Shown piece after piece: positions 50,902-60,142 of a stretch of 64,000 bases of DNA (the first letter of the stretch is position 1; every line of letters starts with the position of its first letter). This DNA is from Flavobacteriales bacterium. Lineage in GTDB: Bacteria; Bacteroidota; Bacteroidia; UBA10329. The stretch spans positions 1,156-65,155 of the forward strand of contig JAIPBM010000023.1 in assembly GCA_021739695.1 (NCBI GenBank). The letters run 5' to 3'. The notes under the pieces are model-generated. The model was not told where the DNA came from. It did not search any database and worked only from the letters and a program-made list of their open reading frames with translations. Both the position numbers and the translations under genes were made by a program.

Positions 50902-53900
50902 ATGAAACACTTACACATCTTGGTATTCGGCCTATTTATCAGCTCGGCCACTTTCGCTCAGAAAGACAATGTTCTGAGAAACCCGACCGAAATTCCTGTC
51001 ACCTTCCATGGCGAAACTGTTCCGCTTCGCGATTACATCGAAGACCCGAATGCGGTGAACGAGATTACCAAAACACTCAAACCAGGGTATCATCCAAAGA
51101 AAGATTGGATATTGAATGAGGCTGTCAATCCATTGGCAAAGCCCAATGGTGATGATCCTGCCTGGCAACAGAGTTATGCGCCATCAGCAGTCAATACCAA
51201 GTCATTGGCTTACAGCTTTGAGGGAATTGGATTTACGAATGTGAGCCCTGCCGACCCATGCGTGGATGTAGGTCCAAACCATGTCATTCAGATGATCAAT
51301 GGCGGTTCAGGTTCCTATTTTAAGGTGTATAGTAAGACGGGGCAGGTGTTGGCCAATGCTACTTACTTAGATAACTACATGGGTTTTCCTGGAGGGGCCG
51401 GAGACCCGATAGTACTTTACGACCAGCAGGCCGACCGTTGGTTGATGAGCGAGTTTGCCAGCAGCGGAAACGTACTTCATGTGGCTATTTCCACTTCGGC
51501 CGATCCGCTCGGAACGTGGTACAAATACACCTACAACGCCACCAATTTCCCCGATTACCCGAAATATTCGGTTTGGAATAACGCGTATATCGTCACAACA
51601 AATGAGAATTCGTCTGCTGTTTATGCCCTCAACAGAACTCAGATGTTGGCAGGAACAGGCGGAACAGCGCAGCGCTTTACGGTAGCAACATTTGGAACTA
51701 TTGGCTTTCAGGCCATGACGCCTGTAAGTTTAGATGGCACCACCGCACCGCCTTCTGGCACGCCTGCCATGGTGATGCGTATGCGCGATGACGCTTGGAG
51801 TGGGGCAGCAACAGATGCCTTGGAAATTTGGGCATTCAACATCAATTGGAGCAATGCCAATGCAACTACCCTTACCCAAGTTGCCACCCTAGGTGTTCAG
51901 GCCTTTGATTCAAATCTTTGTGGCTACACTTCATTCTCATGCATTGATCAACCTGGTTCGAGCACCAATCTTGATCCACTGCGCGAATTGTTGATGAACC
52001 GCATACACTACAGGAATTTCGGAACTCACGAATCCATTGTATGCTGCCACGTGACAGATGTGAACGGCAGCGACCGTTCGGGAATCCGTTGGTATGAATT
52101 AAGAAGAACCAACGGAACATCAGGTTCTTGGAGCATCTATCAGCAAGGGACCTATTCTCCAGATGCCGCCAGCCGTTGGATGCCTTCTATCGGAATTTCC
52201 GCTTCAGGAAACATCGGAATGGCGTATAGCGTCAGCAGCAGTTCCATTTATCCTTCATTGCGTTACACAGGTAGAAAATCCTGCGATCCGCTCAATTCCA
52301 TGACCGAACCGGAAACAAGCATCATTGCTGGCACCACTCCCAATAATTCAAACCGTTGGGGAGATTACCATGCCTTAGGTCTCGATCCAACGGATGGCGA
52401 AACCTTCTGGTTTACAGGAGCTTACGGAACAGGAAATGCCTGGAGTACCCGTGTGGCCGCATTCGACCTTCCTACGTGTTCGCCTGCTGTTACTTTCAGT
52501 GTGGCCACACAAGCGGCCAACGAAGCCAATGGAACAACAGCCAATGGTTGCTTGCCATATGTGGATGTGATCATTCCGATCGGAATTGCTTCGGCACCTT
52601 CTCAGAATGCCTCTGTTAACGTCACTGTTTCTGGCGGAACGGCCACACAGGGAGTTGATTATCAATTGCTCAACACGAACATCACCCTTTCAAGTGGAAA
52701 CTTGACTGGAAACGTGACCGTGCGTGTATTTAACGATGATTATGTGGAAGGAAACGAGACCATCATTCTTAGTTATTCGTTGAATGCCAATGGTGGGAAT
52801 GCCACACAGGGTGGCGTGAATCAAACCGTTACCATTACCATTAACGATGACGACCTCGACCCAGCACTGGCGCAAGGCACACAGACCATTCTTTCCGAGA
52901 ATTTTGAAAACGGTTTGGGAATCATGACCACCTTGAATCCTGCAGGAGACACGCCTTGGCAAGTAGGGAATGAAGCAGCGGCAGAAACGCAACCATACAA
53001 TATCCCTTCTACCAACACCAGCAATTTCGCTTATGTGAATGATGATGATTGTAATTGCGATATGAGCGAAGTAGACCTCATCTTCCCAACCATAGACCTT
53101 AGCAGCTACACCAGTGCGCAGGTAAGCTTCGATACTTATTTTGAAGGAAACACCTACCAAGGAAGCACTGAATATGCAGGGCTTTTCGTTTCGTTGGATG
53201 GACAGAATTTCAGTCTGGTGGGCGATCTGGTCGCATCGGGTGTTGATGGCCCATGGGTGTCGCAGCAGTTTGATCTGGCAGCTTACTTGGGAGAAAGCAC
53301 CGTTACGCTACTTATCTATTACAACGATGGTGGCGGTTGGTTGTATGGTTGCACAGTAGATAACGTGTTGGTGACAGGCGAAACGAACATTGCTGTTCAG
53401 GCCGCAGTGAATACCAATAATGGCGATGAAGCCAAACTTGGACCGAATGGAACTGTTCACTTTTACGACCCAACCACAGGCGATGTAATGGCTTCTATTC
53501 AGAATACCAGTTCGTGGGATTATGGTTGTGTGACCTTGGAAGTGGATAGAAGTGGGTTGAATCCGAGTGCCGTGGCTTTCAATTCGAACGCCAATGCTGA
53601 TAAGTTGCATTCGAAGACTTTCTCCATTGTTCCTGAAAACAACAACCCGAACGGAACCTACAATCTGAGCCTGTATTACCGACAGAATGAGGTGACCGCT
53701 TGGGAAAGCGCCACAGGCAACAGCCGGAATAATGCACAGATCATCAAGGTTTCCAACGCCCGCATTAACGATGTGACGCCAGCCAATTTCGCTTCGTATG
53801 CGATCGGAAATGCAAGTGCCACGGTCAGTTCATTCGGTTCAGATGTCAAGTTCACTGCCAGTTTCAACACAGGTTTCTCCGGTTTCGGAGTAGGTATTCT

Positions 53901-54165
53901 AAACACCTTGATCACAGATATTAACGAACCATTGACAGATGTGGGAGTGTATCCGAATCCGAACGATGGTTCGTTCACCATTTCTGGTTTGGAGTTGGGC
54001 TCTACCTACCGTGTATACAACGCTCTTGGAAAACTCATTCTAGGCGAGCAGTTTGCCGTTCAGAATCAACGCGTGCAACTGTCAGATGTGGCTCCAGGGG
54101 TTTATTTCCTGGTGGCAGAGCAAGATGGCAAATTGGGTAAGGTTCAATTCATAGTTACCGATTAA
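50902..54165 (+). CDS. large secreted T9SS cargo protein with Calx-beta domain
   Basis: signal peptide; PAD...DVGPNH, GDP.VLYD, DYP, RWGDY N-terminal domain; GTAT.GVDY and DD.VEGNET Calx-beta; VYPNP...GVYF CTD. Confidence 0.85.
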   Translation: MKHLHILVFGLFISSATFAQKDNVLRNPTEIPVTFHGETVPLRDYIEDPNAVNEITKTLKPGYHPKKDWILNEAVNPLAKPNGDDPAWQQSYAPSAVNTKSLAYSFEGIGFTNVSPADPCVDVGPNHVIQMINGGSGSYFKVYSKTGQVLANATYLDNYMGFPGGAGDPIVLYDQQADRWLMSEFASSGNVLHVAISTSADPLGTWYKYTYNATNFPDYPKYSVWNNAYIVTTNENSSAVYALNRTQMLAGTGGTAQRFTVATFGTIGFQAMTPVSLDGTTAPPSGTPAMVMRMRDDAWSGAATDALEIWAFNINWSNANATTLTQVATLGVQAFDSNLCGYTSFSCIDQPGSSTNLDPLRELLMNRIHYRNFGTHESIVCCHVTDVNGSDRSGIRWYELRRTNGTSGSWSIYQQGTYSPDAASRWMPSIGISASGNIGMAYSVSSSSIYPSLRYTGRKSCDPLNSMTEPETSIIAGTTPNNSNRWGDYHALGLDPTDGETFWFTGAYGTGNAWSTRVAAFDLPTCSPAVTFSVATQAANEANGTTANGCLPYVDVIIPIGIASAPSQNASVNVTVSGGTATQGVDYQLLNTNITLSSGNLTGNVTVRVFNDDYVEGNETIILSYSLNANGGNATQGGVNQTVTITINDDDLDPALAQGTQTILSENFENGLGIMTTLNPAGDTPWQVGNEAAAETQPYNIPSTNTSNFAYVNDDDCNCDMSEVDLIFPTIDLSSYTSAQVSFDTYFEGNTYQGSTEYAGLFVSLDGQNFSLVGDLVASGVDGPWVSQQFDLAAYLGESTVTLLIYYNDGGGWLYGCTVDNVLVTGETNIAVQAAVNTNNGDEAKLGPNGTVHFYDPTTGDVMASIQNTSSWDYGCVTLEVDRSGLNPSAVAFNSNANADKLHSKTFSIVPENNNPNGTYNLSLYYRQNEVTAWESATGNSRNNAQIIKVSNARINDVTPANFASYAIGNASATVSSFGSDVKFTASFNTGFSGFGVGILNTLITDINEPLTDVGVYPNPNDGSFTISGLELGSTYRVYNALGKLILGEQFAVQNQRVQLSDVAPGVYFLVAEQDGKLGKVQFIVTD

Positions 54166-54518
54166 TGCAGTTGAAATTCACATTAAACAGCGCGCTGGCT
54201 TTGGTTGCCAGCGCTCTGTTTCTTTTTGCATTGGTAGGATGTGTTCCTACCAAACCAAGCGTTTCCTTATCGGGAGAGTCTGACGAGGAAGGTTATTTTG
54301 GCGAAGTCACCACCAAGTTTGCCAAAGATGGCTGCCCGATACTTATTCAATACAAGGAAGGCACGGAGCTGAAATACCTCATTCCTGTTCAATTAGATGA
54401 ACAGTTCAAAAAGAATGGGCTGAAAGTGAACTTCACCTTTCATTACTCACGGATTGCGCAAGGCGAATGCCAAATAGGACAACCAGCGGTCTTGGAAGAG
54501 ATTAAGCTGCTTGACTGA
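54165..54518 (+). CDS. hypothetical lipoprotein
   Basis: lipobox LVGC; DGC and C..G Cys pair. Confidence 0.68.
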   Translation: MQLKFTLNSALALVASALFLFALVGCVPTKPSVSLSGESDEEGYFGEVTTKFAKDGCPILIQYKEGTELKYLIPVQLDEQFKKNGLKVNFTFHYSRIAQGECQIGQPAVLEEIKLLD

Positions 54519-54593
54519 TAGCAGTCTTTCTGTTTGGTAAGGACTAATGGTCCTATCCTTCATATTTGCATCTTTGTTTTTAAACATCAGTCT

Positions 54594-55445
54594 GTGTTTC
54601 AAAAACTCAAACAACCATTTCCGGATAAGGCCGAACTGAAGCAAAGCCTGATCACCATCTTCTGGGTTGGCGTGTTCGTTGGCCTGTTTCTGTTCCTGAT
54701 CCGTCCTTTCAGTATCGAAGGACCATGGGCCGACCTTGCTTGGGCATCTGCTGGTTTCGGTGCCGTTACCGTGGTTTTCGGTTGGATGTTTGAACTGGCC
54801 ACCCGATTCATTTTCAAGATAGAAACCCATGGCCCCAGTTGGACGCTTGGTAAGTGGATGTTCACATCGATCATCCTTGTGGTCTGGATAGCGTTGGGCA
54901 ATTTCCTTTTCGTCAATTTTCTTTCCGGTTGGAATGCCATGGGTTATTTCAGTTTTGTTCGGATGATCGGTTACACATCGCTGATAGGGATTTTTCCCGT
55001 GGCGCTTTCCGGTGTGCTTATTCAGCTACGGGCAACGCAGAAGAATGAAGAATCTGCCTTAGATATTTCGGAACATCTTCATTCGGATAAAGAAGTAGAG
55101 AACCAGCAAACGATTGTACTCGAAGCCGAGAATGGGCAGCAATTAGGCCTGAAAACGATGGATGTTTGCTACATCGAAGCCATGCAGAACTACGTAACGG
55201 TCTGGTTTCTGAAAGACGGAAAGTTGAGCAAGGAAATGCTTCGTGCTACCATCGCCTCGGTAGAAGAGAAGTTTGCAGGAACGGATGTTATCCGCTGTCA
55301 TCGTTCGTATCTGGTCAATGTGGATCGCATTGAAACGGTTTACGGAAATGCCCAAGGCCTGAAGCTGAAACTCAGGGATGTTGGCGTTGTGGAAGTGCCT
55401 GTTTCACGGTCGTATATTCCGAAAGTCAGGGAACTATTGGATTGA
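54594..55445 (+). CDS. membrane-bound LytTR family transcription regulator
   Basis: four TM helices then YIEA.QNYV, IRCHRSYLVN, GNAQG, VPVSRSY; no receiver domain; GTG start inferred. Confidence 0.88.
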   Translation: MFQKLKQPFPDKAELKQSLITIFWVGVFVGLFLFLIRPFSIEGPWADLAWASAGFGAVTVVFGWMFELATRFIFKIETHGPSWTLGKWMFTSIILVVWIALGNFLFVNFLSGWNAMGYFSFVRMIGYTSLIGIFPVALSGVLIQLRATQKNEESALDISEHLHSDKEVENQQTIVLEAENGQQLGLKTMDVCYIEAMQNYVTVWFLKDGKLSKEMLRATIASVEEKFAGTDVIRCHRSYLVNVDRIETVYGNAQGLKLKLRDVGVVEVPVSRSYIPKVRELLD

Positions 55446-55515
55446 ATATCATCCCGCAGAATTGTCATCTGTCCCACGTGTTTGACACTCGTCACCAAAG
55501 CTTGTAAACCGTCCC
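55441..55515 (+). promoter_or_regulatory. four direct repeats TTG-N6-RTCMC at exact 20-bp period, putative LytTR operator
   Basis: attgaatatcatccc (55441), attgtcatctgtccc (55461), tttgacactcgtcac (55481), cttgtaaaccgtccc (55501). Confidence 0.65.
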
Positions 55516-55576
55516 TTTTGTTCTTGATTGTTTTCAATTTGTCTCAGATTTGAGCCGAATCAAAAAACAGAACATC

Positions 55577-56272
55577 ATGGAGATCATCGTCAAATCACTG
55601 CTATTTCTACACGTTTCATTCGGATTTACAAGCCTGCTGCTTTTCTGGCTTCCTGTCTTTATGAAGAAAGGAGGGAAGGGCCATCGTGTGGTTGGGAAAC
55701 TCTATGTATTAGCCATGTGGGTGGTGGTTACATCGGCTGCGCTGCTCTGCATCAAGAATGTCATCATCGGGAAGTATTTCATGGCGGTTTTTCTAGGATT
55801 CATCTCGCTTATCACGGCCAATCCACTTTGGTACGGTATGGCCATTCTGAAGCCAAGGGTGTACGAAACAAGCGCATTCCATTGGAAACGTACGGCATTT
55901 GATGGTCTCATCGTTTTGGCAGGCGCCTTGATGCTTGTTTACGGTATCATCCTCGAAGGAAAAGATTCAGCGGTGCTTATGCTCATTTTCGGTTGCTTGG
56001 GGCTTACAGGCATTCCATCCTTCATTAAGAATCTGAAAGGTCCGCGCGAAAAGGAAGACCGGATCCGTCTTCACATGATCGGTATGCTTACCAGTGGAAT
56101 TGCTGCTTACACAGCCTTTTTCGTGTTTGGTGGCTATACATGGATGAGCAAATTGCTTCCTGGTATGTGGGGCATTCTTCCGTGGACAGCACCTGGATTG
56201 ATCGGTGCCATTGGCATTAACTATGGCGTGAAGTATTTTCGAAAAAAGGGAATGATTTCCGAGCAGCATTAG
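55577..56272 (+). CDS. DUF2306-like membrane protein
   Basis: LHV..G, KKGG.GHR..GK.Y, H...M....IAAYTAFFV. Confidence 0.8.
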   Translation: MEIIVKSLLFLHVSFGFTSLLLFWLPVFMKKGGKGHRVVGKLYVLAMWVVVTSAALLCIKNVIIGKYFMAVFLGFISLITANPLWYGMAILKPRVYETSAFHWKRTAFDGLIVLAGALMLVYGIILEGKDSAVLMLIFGCLGLTGIPSFIKNLKGPREKEDRIRLHMIGMLTSGIAAYTAFFVFGGYTWMSKLLPGMWGILPWTAPGLIGAIGINYGVKYFRKKGMISEQH

Positions 56273-57708
56273 CACGCTGCGATCTCGGAAAGGTGCGTGA
56301 GCTCGGTTTGGTGTAGGATGGGTTGATCTTGGTTCTTTCCCAGTATCAGCACAGAGAATTCTTCCGTTCGGTCGATATTGAAGATCTTGTTGCAATTGAT
56401 AAGGTCGTAGCGCGCAACTACCCGTTTCCGATGCAATAGATGATGCCAAAGGCGCTTGTTCACAGGGTCTGAAAGCGTAGAACCTTTCAAGATCAGACCG
56501 ACCGAGCTCCGTTCCGTACCAAGACTGTCGCAGAGCTCGGTGAAAAGAACGTTGGTCTGCAAGCCGCCCATACAGGAATGGTCAAACCGTTCATCGTTGT
56601 AGACATTCTCCATGGCCACGTCAACAGCTTCATCATGCATCAGCAGCCAACGGTACAATTCGGGATGCGATTCTTCCAGTATTTCCAATGCTGTGTCCAG
56701 CTCCTCTTCATCGTCTATTTCTGCCAAACGCGGACAAAGAAGATGCAGGTAGTGGCTCAGGTCAAAACCGATGCTTCCCCATGGAGGATTGCCAATGATC
56801 ACATCACAGCGTTGAATTTGATCTGGTCTTAAAGCAAGCCCGTTGTGATAATAGAAGTTAGGTGAATGATCAAAGGCATCAGCTTCGTCATCAGGCCAAA
56901 TGAGGGGATTTCCGTTGACGAAACGTTTACTCAGTTCAGGGTAAAGCGCAAGTCCATCTACTGCTTCCAACACACATATTCGTGCAATTTCCAGCGATAT
57001 GGAATCTGCTTCGATGGCATGAAAGTTCAGCACCATCTTCTTTAGGTCCTCATGTGAAAGGCAAAGATGCTTCTTGAAATATCGGATAAGGGCAAGGAAA
57101 AAACTTCCCGTTCCGCAAGAATGGTCTGCGTAGGAGGAGTTCCGTAGAAGTTCTGTGACGCGTTCCAGATCGGCTTCTGAGCTTTGCAACTTGGAAAACT
57201 GCTCTATTCCCAGGTTCTTCAAAATGTAATTGTCGATGGTGAGTTGCACCAAAGTATCGGCAAGGAGTGTGGGCGTGTAAAACGAACCAATGGAGTTCAA
57301 ATGCTCCTTGTCGTCCATAATAACGCCATCCCGTACAGGGAATTCGAGCAGCAGCATTGATTCGTAGAGGTCCGACAGTTCCACCCGTGCTAGGTGCTGT
57401 GACTTAAACCAATCGAGGAAAGTGGTAAGCGCTTGCTTTTCGGCCTTACTCAGCAGATTGAAGCTGGCTGTGAAAGTATTTTCTCCAGCCAAACTGCCTT
57501 TAAGTGATTGGAACACATCGTTCAGAGCTAATGAATCAGGTCCGTTCAGATTGTGTTCGGCAACTATTCCAAGGACAGTCGATTGCATGCGATGAATGCT
57601 TGCAAAATAGGCACTCGGCTGGCAAATGGCCCCATCTTCCACCAGTATTTCCTGCTTAAGTGCAGTTAAAATGGCGTTGGAAGTATGGTGACAGATAGCT
57701 TGTAGCAT
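56269..57708 (-). CDS. N6-adenine DNA methyltransferase-like protein (Eco57I/N6_Mtase-like core)
   Basis: GSFYTP, DHSCGTGSFF (motif I), IIGNPPW (motif IV). Confidence 0.75.
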   Translation of the reverse strand: MLQAICHHTSNAILTALKQEILVEDGAICQPSAYFASIHRMQSTVLGIVAEHNLNGPDSLALNDVFQSLKGSLAGENTFTASFNLLSKAEKQALTTFLDWFKSQHLARVELSDLYESMLLLEFPVRDGVIMDDKEHLNSIGSFYTPTLLADTLVQLTIDNYILKNLGIEQFSKLQSSEADLERVTELLRNSSYADHSCGTGSFFLALIRYFKKHLCLSHEDLKKMVLNFHAIEADSISLEIARICVLEAVDGLALYPELSKRFVNGNPLIWPDDEADAFDHSPNFYYHNGLALRPDQIQRCDVIIGNPPWGSIGFDLSHYLHLLCPRLAEIDDEEELDTALEILEESHPELYRWLLMHDEAVDVAMENVYNDERFDHSCMGGLQTNVLFTELCDSLGTERSSVGLILKGSTLSDPVNKRLWHHLLHRKRVVARYDLINCNKIFNIDRTEEFSVLILGKNQDQPILHQTELTHLSEIAAC

Positions 57709-57787
57709 GCTGCGCTAAGAACGGAAATGTTGCGAAAAAAGCTGATGAAAAGCGCGGTGGTTTGGCACCAAAGGTCTACAGCTTGCC

Positions 57788-58057
57788 TTAGTGGATGAAA
57801 TCGCCTGCGCGCAAAACCCCTACCAGACCCACCAATATCCAAAATCCATTGAGCAGGGAGTATGCGGCATCTTTCTTCAGAATGGCGCACCAGGTAAGCA
57901 ATATGGCATCGATGGTATTCAGTAACCACACATACATGAAAGGGCTGTCTGCACCCATCCAACTGACCACACTGAAACTGCTGATGCGCATGATGACACC
58001 CGTCATTTCCAACTGCTTCAGGTACTTTAAAACGAAACGGTTAAGGGGATCAGCCAT
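57788..58057 (-). CDS. small membrane protein
   Basis: three hydrophobic segments ending LLNGFWILVGLVG; ATG at 58057. Confidence 0.65.
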   Translation of the reverse strand: MADPLNRFVLKYLKQLEMTGVIMRISSFSVVSWMGADSPFMYVWLLNTIDAILLTWCAILKKDAAYSLLNGFWILVGLVGVLRAGDFIH

Positions 58058-58197
58058 GGCGCAGATATTGGGCAAAATTGGAGAGGAAAGCACCCGCTCT
58101 TACATCTTCATCGAAATTTAATTCGGATGGCGGCAGCTAAGCTTTAACACCAAAGGCTTGACTGGTTTTTTAGTTTTGCATCCATAAAACCACGAAA

Positions 58198-58977
58198 ATG
58201 AGCGAAGCAGTAGATCAAGGAGCCGTAGTTATCAATGTAGATGCTCGAGGTATTGCCACCATCGAGTTCCAGCACCCACTCAGCAACTCCTTACCAGGGA
58301 AAGTGCTGCGTAAACTAGCACAGACCATTGAGGATGCTGGCAAGGATGAAGCTGTGAAGGTGATGGTGCTGAAAAGTGCAGGGGAGAAGGCCTTTTGTGC
58401 CGGTGCTTCGTTTGATGAGTTGATCTCCATAAATGACCTCGAAACGGGGAAAGTGTTCTTTTCGGGCTTTGCGGGCGTGATCAATGCCATGCGCAAAGCG
58501 CCTAAATTCGTGCTCTGCCGTGTGCAAGGGAAAGCCGTTGGAGGAGGTGTAGGGCTTGCTTCTGCTGCCGATTACACCTTCGGAACCAAGCATGCAGCCG
58601 TTAAGCTGAGCGAACTGGCCGTAGGTATCGGACCGTTTGTGGTAGGACCGGCCGTAGAGAAGAAGATCGGCAATGCGGCTTTCAGTCAGATGAGCATTGA
58701 CGCCACCACCTGGTATTCGGCCGAGTGGGCAAGGGAGAAAGGACTGTACACTTCCATCCACGAAACCATTGAGGAGATGGATGCCGCCATCGATGTGCTG
58801 GCCGAGCAACTAGCTAAAAGCAACCCAGAAGCCATGGCCATGCTGAAGAAGGTCTTCTGGAAAGGAACCGAAGATTGGGATACCCTTCTTTCTGCACGTG
58901 CCGGAATGAGCGGAAAACTCGTGCTATCCGATTTTACCCGCAATGCCATCGGCAAGTTTAAGAAGGGGGAGAGGTAG
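58198..58977 (+). CDS. enoyl-CoA hydratase/isomerase family protein
   Basis: FCAGASFDEL, GKAVGGGVGL, LSELAVGIGP; TAGTTTTG at 58171-58178. Confidence 0.92.
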   Translation: MSEAVDQGAVVINVDARGIATIEFQHPLSNSLPGKVLRKLAQTIEDAGKDEAVKVMVLKSAGEKAFCAGASFDELISINDLETGKVFFSGFAGVINAMRKAPKFVLCRVQGKAVGGGVGLASAADYTFGTKHAAVKLSELAVGIGPFVVGPAVEKKIGNAAFSQMSIDATTWYSAEWAREKGLYTSIHETIEEMDAAIDVLAEQLAKSNPEAMAMLKKVFWKGTEDWDTLLSARAGMSGKLVLSDFTRNAIGKFKKGER

Positions 58978-59001
58978 GGGCGTGCGGCTATACGCCACTA
59001 C
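58974..59001. repeat. GTAG-type REP-like palindrome at a convergent gene junction
   Basis: gtaggggcgt-gcggctat-acgccactac, 9 of 10 paired. Confidence 0.55.
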
Positions 59002-59006
59002 TGGTT

Positions 59007-59420
59007 TTAGTTTCCTATTTCAATTTGTTGTTCTACAAAGTTCTTGTAGGCTTTCGTTTTGAAGGTAAACCAATCTTGTCGGTACGCTGATGCATCAATC
59101 AGAATCTTGAAGTTCTGAAACGGTTTTTTTTCCGAAAGTTTGCCTAAAATTCTTTGCTTAAAGTTGGAGTCCGTCAATGAATGGGCGAAATTCTCCAATA
59201 CCTGGAATCCTTGATTTGAATCCATTTTTACAAATGACTGATAGTTTTCCACGTCATTTTCAATTTTGTCAATGACGTCTTGCCAAGGTTCTGGGTCGAA
59301 GTAAGGGTCGTCTGGGTCAGGGTGAGATTCAATGGTGCCAGTTGGTCGATGATAGTAGCACCTCATTCCGCAATCGAGTAGGTCGGAAATTTCTGCGATT
59401 TGTTCCTCTGTCAACTTCAT
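59007..59420 (-). CDS. UPF0158 family protein
   Basis: I.EI...LDCG..CY, S..GF..LE.F, L..KKPF.NFK..ID...YRQDWF.FK. Confidence 0.8.
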   Translation of the reverse strand: MKLTEEQIAEISDLLDCGMRCYYHRPTGTIESHPDPDDPYFDPEPWQDVIDKIENDVENYQSFVKMDSNQGFQVLENFAHSLTDSNFKQRILGKLSEKKPFQNFKILIDASAYRQDWFTFKTKAYKNFVEQQIEIGN

Positions 59421-59425
59421 TTGGC

Positions 59426-60001
59426 TTAAAAATAGCCAAAAGTTATTGTGTTAAGATCAGTTATAAACTGATCGTGTTTCATTCCACACAAGTCATCCTT
59501 CGGAAGACTTGCGCGAGCGGGGGTTCGTGATTTATTTTCTTTTTCAAGGTTAATGTCGTCAAGCAAGCTACTCATTAGGTCAAAGCCTTCGTCATTAAGC
59601 CCTCCCCATTTCGTCAGCGAATTGTAAGGTTGGAATTCCCATTGATTATAACCGCATCTGATTTCAATAATTCCTCTGACCGTTTCATCTTTTAAAACCA
59701 GTATCAACGCGTTTGTGTGGAATGTCCCACAGTCACCGTTAGAATAATAAGCGCTATCTGATATGAGTTGTTGGAGTTTCGCTTTCTGCGAATCTGTCAG
59801 GATAAACTCCCCTTCAGAACCAACGTAATCCAATGGATCTACGTCCATTGTCTCAATGGTCGGAAAGTTGTCAAAATTTAACTGAACGTAGTGAACTGAG
59901 TAATCCTTGTCAGAAAGTTGTGTCCAATCAAAATCCAGAGACTTGTTTCGAGAGGAGCAAGCACTTACAAATAGAAGTAAGCTTAATAGAATGTGTCTCA
60001 T
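59426..60001 (-). CDS. hypothetical lipoprotein (distal cassette; C-terminal tail probably read-through into hairpins)
   Basis: lipobox VSAC; ATG 17 nt after the G|TT site at 60019/60018. Confidence 0.7.
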   Translation of the reverse strand: MRHILLSLLLFVSACSSRNKSLDFDWTQLSDKDYSVHYVQLNFDNFPTIETMDVDPLDYVGSEGEFILTDSQKAKLQQLISDSAYYSNGDCGTFHTNALILVLKDETVRGIIEIRCGYNQWEFQPYNSLTKWGGLNDEGFDLMSSLLDDINLEKENKSRTPARASLPKDDLCGMKHDQFITDLNTITFGYF

Positions 60002-60012
60002 TTCGTCATGAC

Positions 60013-60142
60013 GCCCAACGGTTTCCGCTATGAAAATAGGGCTTTAACTCCTTCGACCTTTCAGCCCGATGCCGAACTTGGTAGAAACCACTAAGGCTTG
60101 CGTGCTTGTCGTCACGCCCTATTTACATAGCAGTTGTTGTGT
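60013..60142 (-). repeat. attC-like site, sequence type A
   Basis: minus strand GCACACAAC...GTTGGGCGT; 16-bp arms gctatgaaaatagggc/gccctatttacatagc with one mismatch. Confidence 0.8.

Noticed and set aside
58974..58983. gtaggggcgt as the missing R''-like partner (gttgggcgt) of the last cassette
   Set aside because: It lacks the invariant GTT/AAC and is better explained as a GTAG palindrome.
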